32,000 nucleotides of DNA from Mycolicibacterium smegmatis (lineage in GTDB: Bacteria; Actinomycetota; Actinomycetes; Mycobacteriales; Mycobacteriaceae): positions 2,040,001 through 2,072,000 of the forward strand of contig NZ_LN831039.1 of the NCBI RefSeq assembly GCF_001457595.1, in the 5' to 3' direction. The notes beneath the pieces were generated by a model, which saw only the letters and a program-made list of their open reading frames with translations, searched no databases and was not told where the DNA came from. Shown here piece after piece: positions 9,267 to 16,918 of this stretch (the stretch's first letter is position 1; each line of letters begins with the position of its first letter). The position numbers were made by a program, and so were the translations under genes.

Positions 9267-11666
9267 TCACCGTTGGGCGGCCGTCACCTCCTGCGGCATC
9301 TCCAGCACCCCGCGCTCGATGAGCTCGTCGATCTCGGCGTCGGACAGGCCGAGCAGTTCCGCCGCGATTTCGCGGGTCTGCTCACCCAGCAGCGGTGCCT
9401 GACCCAGCGGCGGATCGGCGACCCGGTCGGAGTGGATCTGGACGTTCTCCATCATGAACGGCTCGGCGGCGTGCGGGTGCAGCTCCTCGCGGAAAGCACG
9501 ACGCTCCGCGTAATAGCCGAAGTTCGGCACCTCGCCTGCGTGCAGCACCGCACCGGCAGGCACCCCGGCTTTTTGCAGAAGCTCCATCGCCGCGGTCGCG
9601 GTGCGCGCGGACGTCCACGCCCGCACCGCCTCGTCGATGCGTGCGCGGTCGGCGTCCCGGCCGGCGGGCGTGTTCAGGGCGTCGTCGGCCGCGAGGTCGG
9701 CCCGGCCGATCACGCCGCACAGCGCCTGCCAGTCGGTGGTGTCGCGCACCGTGACCGCCACCCACTTGTCCTCGCCCTCGGCGGGGAACAGGCCCCACGG
9801 CGCGTCGTGCACCGGTTCGTCCGAGCGCGCATGCCCCTGCCGCTGCAGCACCTCCGCGGCGATCTCGCCCGCCAGGTGGCTCAGCATCACCTCGGACTGC
9901 GCGACGCTGACCGCGCCGCCGGTTCCGGTGCGCTCGCGGCGCAACAGCAGCGTCAGCGCGGTGAGCGCGCCGATGCGCGCCGCGACGTGGTCGGGGTAGA
10001 CCGTCACCGTGTCACAGAACTCGCCAGGCGCGTCGGGGTACACCCACAGGTCGGTGAACCCGGCCGCGGCCCGCACGAGCGGCCCGTAGCCCAATCGCCT
10101 GGCCCACGGGCCAGTGGGCCCGAACGCCGAGCTGTCGACCACCACGATGCCGGGATTCACCTTCTTCAGGCTCCCGAAATCCATGCCGAGCGCCTGTGCC
10201 ACACCAGGTTTGAAATTCGTGAGCACCACGTCGGCATCTTCGGCGAGGCGGTGCGCGAGTGCGCGGCCCTCGTCAGAACGCAGGTCGATACCGATCGAGC
10301 GTTTGTTGCGATGCCCGGACGCGTACGTCTGCGACATCATGTTGAGCCTGCCGCGCAGCCCGTCGGGAAACGCCGAATTCTCGATCTTGATGACGTCGGC
10401 ACCGAGATCGGCGAACAAACGCCCGGTGTCCGCGCCGACCACGATCACCCCGAGGTCGAGCACCCGGAGCCCTTCCAGTGGAAGGCCGACGTCTCGGCGT
10501 GCCCGGCCGCCGAGAACCGGTGCGCCCTCGGGAGGGGCGGACGTGCCCCGCGGTGCGGTGAGCGCGCTGGCGCGGTGGCCGTCCACCTCGGAGACACCCA
10601 CCGGCACCGGCGCGGTGAATCCGTTGGCGAGTTCGACCTCGCGGAAAAACCCACGCTCCTTGACCTGTTCGGTGTCCAGGGCCTCGGTCAGCGTGAGCAC
10701 GGCCGCGGTCGGCACACCGTGGCGTTGTCCCTCGGCCTCCAACTCCGCGCGCGTCTTGTCCGCACAGAACCGCTCGATCGCCGGGAGCAGCGTCGGCGAC
10801 ATGAAGCGCTCCATCAGGCTGTTGAACTTGGGGTCGGCGAATTCCTCGGGCTCACCCATCCACGTGAACATGCCCTGCCACTGGCGTTTCGCCAGCACGC
10901 AGATCCGCACATAGCCGTCCTTGCAGCGGACGATTGGGTAGCGCTGCCGTTCGGCGAGCCAGTTCCTGCGCTGTTCGGCCAGCGGCACACCGGCCGACGC
11001 CGTGCCCGGTGTGCCGAACGGTGGGTCCAGCGTCTGCATCGCCCCGTCGAGCACCGAGAAGTCGATGAGATCGCCTGTGCCGGTGCGTAACCGGTCGAGG
11101 TACACGCTCACGGTCATCACCGCGGCCTGCGCGGCGGCCACCTGGTACGGCAGCTGCGGCGCAGGCGGCACCAGCGGTTCGCGCCCCGGGATACCCGAAC
11201 GCGACAGCTCGCTGGTCAGCGCGTGCAGCACCGGTGTGGTGGCCTGCCACGTGCGGTACGCGGTGTCGCGGCCGAAGTCGCTGACCGACAGGATCACCAG
11301 CGAGGGGTGATCGGCGTGGATCTCTCTGGCCGACAACGCCTTCTCGGCATCCGAACCGGGCCGGGTGTTCTCGATGAGGATGTCGGCGTCGGCCAGCAAC
11401 TCACGCCAGCGCCGCGCGCCATCGGCTGTCGAGGTGTCGAGGTCGACGGTGCTCAGGCCGAACCGGTTGATGGCGGTGCCCACCGGAACCGCGCCGATGC
11501 GCGGCCCCACTGTCGCCCCGGCCTCGGTCACCCCGGCCAGGTTGACCGGCGTGACCTGCGCACCGAGATCGGCGAGCAGACGCCCGACCGCGGTGATCGG
11601 GCCGGACGACAGATCGAGGACCTTGACCCCGGAAAGGGGCGGATCGTAGGTGTCGGTGCTCGTCAT
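9267..11666 (-). CDS. Tandem-fused family III (CaiB/BaiF) CoA-transferase-like protein with two complete domains
   Basis: 799 aa. The N-half (about aa 1-385) has 'LSGVKVLDLSSGPITAVGRLLADLGAQV'. The C-half (about aa 395-799) has 'LEGLRVLDLGVIVVGADTGRLFADLGADVIKIEN...HRNKRSIGIDL...DVVLTNFKPG'. These are the family III N-terminal signatures, present twice. Confidence 0.85.
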   Translation of the reverse strand: MTSTDTYDPPLSGVKVLDLSSGPITAVGRLLADLGAQVTPVNLAGVTEAGATVGPRIGAVPVGTAINRFGLSTVDLDTSTADGARRWRELLADADILIENTRPGSDAEKALSAREIHADHPSLVILSVSDFGRDTAYRTWQATTPVLHALTSELSRSGIPGREPLVPPAPQLPYQVAAAQAAVMTVSVYLDRLRTGTGDLIDFSVLDGAMQTLDPPFGTPGTASAGVPLAEQRRNWLAERQRYPIVRCKDGYVRICVLAKRQWQGMFTWMGEPEEFADPKFNSLMERFMSPTLLPAIERFCADKTRAELEAEGQRHGVPTAAVLTLTEALDTEQVKERGFFREVELANGFTAPVPVGVSEVDGHRASALTAPRGTSAPPEGAPVLGGRARRDVGLPLEGLRVLDLGVIVVGADTGRLFADLGADVIKIENSAFPDGLRGRLNMMSQTYASGHRNKRSIGIDLRSDEGRALAHRLAEDADVVLTNFKPGVAQALGMDFGSLKKVNPGIVVVDSSAFGPTGPWARRLGYGPLVRAAAGFTDLWVYPDAPGEFCDTVTVYPDHVAARIGALTALTLLLRRERTGTGGAVSVAQSEVMLSHLAGEIAAEVLQRQGHARSDEPVHDAPWGLFPAEGEDKWVAVTVRDTTDWQALCGVIGRADLAADDALNTPAGRDADRARIDEAVRAWTSARTATAAMELLQKAGVPAGAVLHAGEVPNFGYYAERRAFREELHPHAAEPFMMENVQIHSDRVADPPLGQAPLLGEQTREIAAELLGLSDAEIDELIERGVLEMPQEVTAAQR

Positions 11667-11671
11667 GTCGG

Positions 11672-12865
11672 TCAGCTCCGGCGTGCCTCGCGGAACGGGA
11701 TGTCCCGGTCCACCTCGGGTTCCTTCGGCAGGCCCAGGACGCGCTCGCCGATGATGTTGCGCTGCACCTGATCCGTGCCGCCGCCGATCGAGGTGAAGAA
11801 CGCGTTGAGCGTGAGGAAGTTGATGTCGTCGGCCTCCGGGTTCTCCGGACCGGCCAAAAGCGCCTCGGCACCGATGATCTCGGTCTTGAGCCGCGCCTCC
11901 GAATGCAGGATGTGCGACATCGCGAGCTTGCCCAGCGACATGATGGACGTCGATGTGCCCTGTCCGGCAGAGGCTTTCGCGCGCGCGTTGTTGAGGCGGT
12001 TGAGTTCGCGCAGCGCGAGCACGTTCGCGAGTTCCTTCCGGATCGCCGGATCGTCCAGACGCCCGTGTTCGCGTGCCAGTTCGACAAGGCTGTCGGCCTT
12101 GGACTTGTTGCGCGATCCGCGTCCGCTGTCACCCATGATCGAGCGCTCGTAGGCCAGCGCGGTCTGCAGCACACGCCACCCGTTGCCCTCGCCGCCAACG
12201 AGGTACTCGTCGGACACCCGCGCATCGGTGATGAACACCTCGTTGAAGTGTGACTCACCGGTGATCTGCACCAGCGGGCGCACCTCGATACCGAGCTGCT
12301 TCATCGGGATGACGAAAAAGCTCAGGCCCTTGTGCTTGGGGACGTCCCAGTCGGTACGGGCGATCAGCAGCGCGTACTCGCTGGTCGCGGCACCCGAGGT
12401 CCACACCTTCTGCCCGTTGACCATCCACTCGTCGCCATCACGCACGGCCGTGGTGCGCACGGCCGCGAGGTCGGAGCCCGCGCCCGGCTCGCTGTAGAGC
12501 AGGCACGTGCGCGAACGCTCGGTGAGGAACTCGTACAGCAGGTGCTGTTTGATGGTGTCGTTGCCGAACATCAGGATCGTGTTGGCCGGGATGCTGTACT
12601 TGTCCAGGCGTGAGCCCGGGGCGCGGACGGCCCGGAATTCCTTCTCGATGACCGAGGCGAGCTTGTGCGGATACTCGCGGCCCCACCACTGCTTCGGGTA
12701 GGACGGCACGGCATAGCCGGCGTCGACGACCTTCTCCAGCCACGCGATGCGCTCCGGGGTGCTGACCCAGGGATCGGTCTGCTTGGGCAGGCCTTTCCAG
12801 TTCTGGGCGAGCCACTCCCGCACCTCGGCAGCCAGTTCCTCGGGGGTGGGCAGTTCGTTGGTCAT
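11672..12865 (-). CDS. Acyl-CoA dehydrogenase (probable catalytic, FAD-binding subunit)
   Basis: I place the start at ATG 12865 (MTNELPTPEEL...); the track ORF to 13267 is an extension into the upstream gene. ACAD motifs 'LLYSEPGAGSDLA', 'KVWTSGA' and 'GGGTDQVQRNIIGERVLGLP'. Confidence 0.9.
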   Translation of the reverse strand: MTNELPTPEELAAEVREWLAQNWKGLPKQTDPWVSTPERIAWLEKVVDAGYAVPSYPKQWWGREYPHKLASVIEKEFRAVRAPGSRLDKYSIPANTILMFGNDTIKQHLLYEFLTERSRTCLLYSEPGAGSDLAAVRTTAVRDGDEWMVNGQKVWTSGAATSEYALLIARTDWDVPKHKGLSFFVIPMKQLGIEVRPLVQITGESHFNEVFITDARVSDEYLVGGEGNGWRVLQTALAYERSIMGDSGRGSRNKSKADSLVELAREHGRLDDPAIRKELANVLALRELNRLNNARAKASAGQGTSTSIMSLGKLAMSHILHSEARLKTEIIGAEALLAGPENPEADDINFLTLNAFFTSIGGGTDQVQRNIIGERVLGLPKEPEVDRDIPFREARRS

Positions 12866-12866
12866 G

Positions 12867-13982
12867 TCAGGCGCCTTTCGCGGTGAGGTAACGCTCGCGG
12901 TGCTGAGCCGAGCTGCCGAACAGTTGCAGGCCGGTGCGGGCCCGGCGCACGAACAGGTGCGCGGGATGCTCCCAGGTGAAGCCGATGCCGCCGTGCATCT
13001 GGACGGCCTGCATGGCCGTCGTGTTGTACGCCTCGGCGCAGAAGAAGCCGGCCAGCGCGATCGCTCCCGCGGCGTCGTCGCTGCCCGCGGCCTTCTCGGC
13101 GGCCGCGTGCTGCGCGGCCGACGTCGACGACTCCACCTGCACCAGCAGATCGGCCGCCATGTGCTTGAGCGCCTGGAAGCTGCCGATGGCGCGGCCGAAC
13201 TGGATGCGGGTCTTGAGGTAGTCGATGGTGATGTCGAAGATGCGCCGTGTTCCGCCGACCTGCTCACCGGCCAGCGCGATCACCGCGAGGTCCAGTGCGT
13301 GGCTCACGGCGTCCCAGCCCGCGGTGCCGATGCGGCGCGCCGGGGTGTCGGTGAAGGTGAACGTCGACAACCGCACGGACGGGTCGAAAACGGTTGCCGC
13401 AGCGCGGGTCAGGCCTGTTGCGTCGGGTGTGACCTCGAAGATCCCGACGCCGCCCACATCATCTTTGCCGGTGCGGGCGACCACCAGGAGGACGTCGGCG
13501 ATCTGGCCGCTCAGCACGTAGTGAGCGTTACCGTTCAGCGTGTGGCCGTCGGCGCGCTCGGTCGCCTTCACGGCGACGCCCTCTTGTGCCCAGGTGCCGC
13601 GTGCCCCGGTCACGGCGACCGTCGCGATCGAGGTGCCCTCGGCGAGGCCCGGCAGCAGACGCTGCTTGTCCTCGGCGGTGCCTGCCGCTTCGATGAGCGC
13701 GGTGGCCAACACTGCGCTGCCGATGAACGGTGCCGGTAGCAGTGCCGCACCGGTCTCCTCGGCGACGGCCTCGAGCTCAAGAGCGCCGAGCCCGACGCCG
13801 CCGTACTCGGGATCGATCAGCAGCCCGGTCACACCCTGTGCGGCGAGCTTGCGCCACAACTGGGGGTCGTATCCCTCGTCGCTGCTGATCGTCTGCCGTA
13901 CGTCCTGCTCGGTGCACTCGTTCTGCAGCAGCTCCCGGACCGCGGCGGCCAACTCCGCCCGCTCGGCCACGCTGATCGTCAT
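12867..13982 (-). CDS. Acyl-CoA dehydrogenase family protein (possible non-catalytic partner subunit)
   Basis: ACAD C-terminal pattern 'IQFGRAIGSFQALKHMAADL...HGGIGFTWEHPAHLFVRRA'. I prefer ATG 13982 (MTISVAERAEL), preceded by GAAAGG, over 14012. Its stop lies 1 nt from the next ACAD start (TGAcATG). Confidence 0.85.
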   Translation of the reverse strand: MTISVAERAELAAAVRELLQNECTEQDVRQTISSDEGYDPQLWRKLAAQGVTGLLIDPEYGGVGLGALELEAVAEETGAALLPAPFIGSAVLATALIEAAGTAEDKQRLLPGLAEGTSIATVAVTGARGTWAQEGVAVKATERADGHTLNGNAHYVLSGQIADVLLVVARTGKDDVGGVGIFEVTPDATGLTRAAATVFDPSVRLSTFTFTDTPARRIGTAGWDAVSHALDLAVIALAGEQVGGTRRIFDITIDYLKTRIQFGRAIGSFQALKHMAADLLVQVESSTSAAQHAAAEKAAGSDDAAGAIALAGFFCAEAYNTTAMQAVQMHGGIGFTWEHPAHLFVRRARTGLQLFGSSAQHRERYLTAKGA

Positions 13983-14146
13983 GTGAACCGCCTTTCTGCG
14001 CGTCGCAACCATGCAACGCGTGTTCGGCGGACGTGTAAATCACGTATTAGGACACTGACAGATTTCCCAAAGGGAAACGCCAGGCGTGCGGGCAGATGTC
14101 CCCAGGGGTAACAGCCCAGGTCAGCCGGGGTCTATCACCCAGCCTG

Positions 14147-16909
14147 TCAACCCAGGTCGCCACCGGCCACCGGCAGGACGCTGCCGGTGATGTAGGACGC
14201 CTCGTCGGAGGCCAGAAAGCAGATCGCGGCGGCCTGCTCGTCGAGGGTTCCGTACCGGTGCATGAGCGACGAGGCGAGCGTCTGGTCGATGTGCGCCTGG
14301 AACCAGGCCCGCTCGGTGTCGTCGGCCGGCGCCGGGGTGCCGCGACTGATCCGCCGCGGCGGCGCGTCGGTACCGCCCGGCGCGGTCGCCACGACCCGGA
14401 TCCCGGCGTCGGCGTACTCCATCGCCAGTGACGCGGTGATCGCGTTGATACCGCCTTTGGCCGCCGAGTACGGGATCCGGTGGATGCCGCGGGTGGCGGC
14501 CGAGGACACGTTGACGATCACGCCGTGTCCCTGCTCGACCATCGCCGGTAGGGCCGCGCGGCACGCGTAGAGCGTGGTCATCAGTGAGCGGGTGATCTCG
14601 GCCTGGATCTCGTCGGCGGTGAACTGCGTGAACGGTTTGAAGTTGATCGCCCCGCCGACGTTGTTGATGAGCACGTCGATGTGCCCGAACTTGCGAATCG
14701 CCTGCCGGACAACTGTTTCTGCGCCGTCGGGGTGCTCCAGGTCGGCGGTGACGGCCAGGGTCGCCGGGCCGGTCTGCGACAGTTCGTCGGCGAGGTCATG
14801 GACCAGTTCGGCACGGTCGACCATGACCACACGGCCGTCCTCGGCGTTGATGCGGCGCGCGGTGTGCTCGCCGATGCCCTGGGCGGCGCCGGTCACCACC
14901 ACCACCTTGCCGCGGAACCGGCCCGGTGAGATGAACCTGGGTGTGCGTGCGGCCCGGACCTTTTCGCGCTCGGCCTGCTCCTGGTCGGCGAGTGCGCGGC
15001 GCATGGTCTGCTTGGCGCATTCGGCGTGCGCCGTGATCAGGGTCTTGGCCGCGGCGCGGTCGTGGGCCTCGAACGCCTCGACGATGCGGACGTGGTCCTG
15101 CGCGCACAGCGGGTGACACCAAGTGGCGTGGCGAAGCACCTCGCTCATGCGTCCTTTGACGTCGAGTGCCTGATACGCCTGCAGCAGGTGCTCATTGCCG
15201 GTCAGGGTGAACAGGTAGTCGTGGAATGCCGCGTTGGTCTCGGTGTACCGGGCCGCGTCGACGAAGCGGTCACCGTCCACGTACGGCAGTGTCGACTCGG
15301 CGAGCAGGCGATAACCGGCCAGCTGTGCGGTGCTCAACCGTCCGATCGTGAGTTCCAGCGCACCGAGTTCGAGCGCCTGGCGCGCCTCGAAAAGGGCATC
15401 GGACTCGTGCAGTTCGGGATGCTCCTCGCCGATCTGGTATCCGTCCGGCGCCACGGGTTGCGGTGGCTGCACATGCACCGGCTCGGGCACATCGTCGGGT
15501 ACCTCGACCACAGAGGCGGGGGCTGCGACTGCCCGGGCGGCGAAAACCTCCTGCCCCGCAAGCGATCGCGCCCCGCTCGCCCGCAGCGCACCGCCGTCGT
15601 CGTCGAGCTGGGTCGCGGTCCCCGGCGCGGCGGGTGCGATCAACTGACCGGCGATCCGGCGCGCGCTGTCGGCGTGGTCATGCCCCGGCCGGCTCGCGGT
15701 CTGTTCGGCCGGGGCCATGTCGATGCTCGACGGTATCTGTTGGCCGCAGATCGCGTCCGCGTCGGGAGCGGTGAGCAGGTTCTCGACCGGCCCCGCGGCC
15801 GATTCCTCGGCGGGGGATCGGTCGGCGGGCGCATCGGGCGCACCGGCACGGGTGAGCCCGAACTTCTCGAAGTAGAAACCGGTCGGCGTGACACCGGAAT
15901 TGGTCAGGTGGGTGCGGACTGCCTCGACCATGGGCGGTGGTCCGCACAGGTAGACGGCCACGTCACCGCCGTAAAGATGCTCGGAGCTGATCAGTTCGGG
16001 TATGCGTACCTTGTTGGCCGAGGTGCTCGACGGGTCGGATACGCAGTGACTCCACGTGAACGCGGGCAACTGGGAGGCGAATTCGTCGATGCGGTCCAGT
16101 TCGACCAGATCGGCGTCGGAGCTCACGCCGTAGATCAGATGGGCCGTGCGGGTGCTGCCGTCAGAACGCAGCTTGCCCAGCATCGACAGCACCGGCGCCA
16201 GGCCGGTGCCGCCGGCCAGCAGCAGGATGGGGCGCTCGGCCTCGCGCAGGAAGAACGATCCGTGCGGCCCGGTGAAGCTGACCGCGTCGCCCACCACCGC
16301 GCGTCGCGACAGGTACTCCGACATGGCCCCGCCGGGAACGAGTTTCACCAGGAAGGTCAGCAACGCCTCGTCCGGGGGGTTGGAAAACGAGTACGACCGC
16401 GTGATGTCGGTGCCCGGCACCGTGATGTTGACGTACTGGCCGGGCAGGAACGCCAGGTCGGCACGGTCGGGGATCTCGACGGTGAACCGGACCGTCGTGG
16501 CGGACAGGCGGGTCAGTTCGACGATGGTGCCTGTGTATCTGGTGGCCTGGGTCTTGGCGATGTCGGACGTGCCTGCGATCTGCAGCACCAGGTCCGAGCG
16601 TGGTTTCATGCTGCACGGCAGGACATATCCGCGTTCGGCCTCGTCGGGTGCGAGCGCGTCGTCGATGTAGGTGCCTGCGTCGTAGCGGCCCGACTCGCAC
16701 AGCGCCTTGCACGTGCCGCACGCGCCGTCGCGGCAGTCCAGCGGGATGTTGATGCGCTGCCGGTACGACGCGTCGGCCACGGTCTGGTCGGCGCGGCAGG
16801 TGATGAACCTGGTGACCCCGTCCTCGAAGGACAAGGCCACCGAGAAGGTTTCGTCGCCCTCCGGGGTGTTCGGGTGCTGCGCGGAATTTCTGTCGATCAT
16901 CACGGTCAT
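14147..16909 (-). CDS. Fusion protein: BenC-type benzoate dioxygenase reductase (2Fe-2S + FNR-like), low-complexity linker, FCD domain, BenD-type cis-diol dehydrogenase (SDR)
   Basis: One uninterrupted 920-codon ORF. aa 1-350 (nt 15860-16909): 'CRDGACGTCKALC...LPCS', 'RSYSFS', 'LLAGGTGLAP', 'YLCGPPPMV', ending 'GFYFEKF'. aa 351-500 (nt 15410-15859): Ala/Pro/Asp-rich linker. aa 501-640 (nt 14990-15409): FCD-like 'ALFEARQALELGALEL...AFHDYLFTLTGNEHLL...DHVRIVEAF...ITAHAE'. aa 660-920 (nt 14150-14932): SDR 'GKVVVVTGAAQGIG', 'NNVGG', 'YSAAK'. Confidence 0.8.
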   Translation of the reverse strand: MTVMIDRNSAQHPNTPEGDETFSVALSFEDGVTRFITCRADQTVADASYRQRINIPLDCRDGACGTCKALCESGRYDAGTYIDDALAPDEAERGYVLPCSMKPRSDLVLQIAGTSDIAKTQATRYTGTIVELTRLSATTVRFTVEIPDRADLAFLPGQYVNITVPGTDITRSYSFSNPPDEALLTFLVKLVPGGAMSEYLSRRAVVGDAVSFTGPHGSFFLREAERPILLLAGGTGLAPVLSMLGKLRSDGSTRTAHLIYGVSSDADLVELDRIDEFASQLPAFTWSHCVSDPSSTSANKVRIPELISSEHLYGGDVAVYLCGPPPMVEAVRTHLTNSGVTPTGFYFEKFGLTRAGAPDAPADRSPAEESAAGPVENLLTAPDADAICGQQIPSSIDMAPAEQTASRPGHDHADSARRIAGQLIAPAAPGTATQLDDDGGALRASGARSLAGQEVFAARAVAAPASVVEVPDDVPEPVHVQPPQPVAPDGYQIGEEHPELHESDALFEARQALELGALELTIGRLSTAQLAGYRLLAESTLPYVDGDRFVDAARYTETNAAFHDYLFTLTGNEHLLQAYQALDVKGRMSEVLRHATWCHPLCAQDHVRIVEAFEAHDRAAAKTLITAHAECAKQTMRRALADQEQAEREKVRAARTPRFISPGRFRGKVVVVTGAAQGIGEHTARRINAEDGRVVMVDRAELVHDLADELSQTGPATLAVTADLEHPDGAETVVRQAIRKFGHIDVLINNVGGAINFKPFTQFTADEIQAEITRSLMTTLYACRAALPAMVEQGHGVIVNVSSAATRGIHRIPYSAAKGGINAITASLAMEYADAGIRVVATAPGGTDAPPRRISRGTPAPADDTERAWFQAHIDQTLASSLMHRYGTLDEQAAAICFLASDEASYITGSVLPVAGGDLG

Positions 16910-16918
16910 GGCGGGTCC

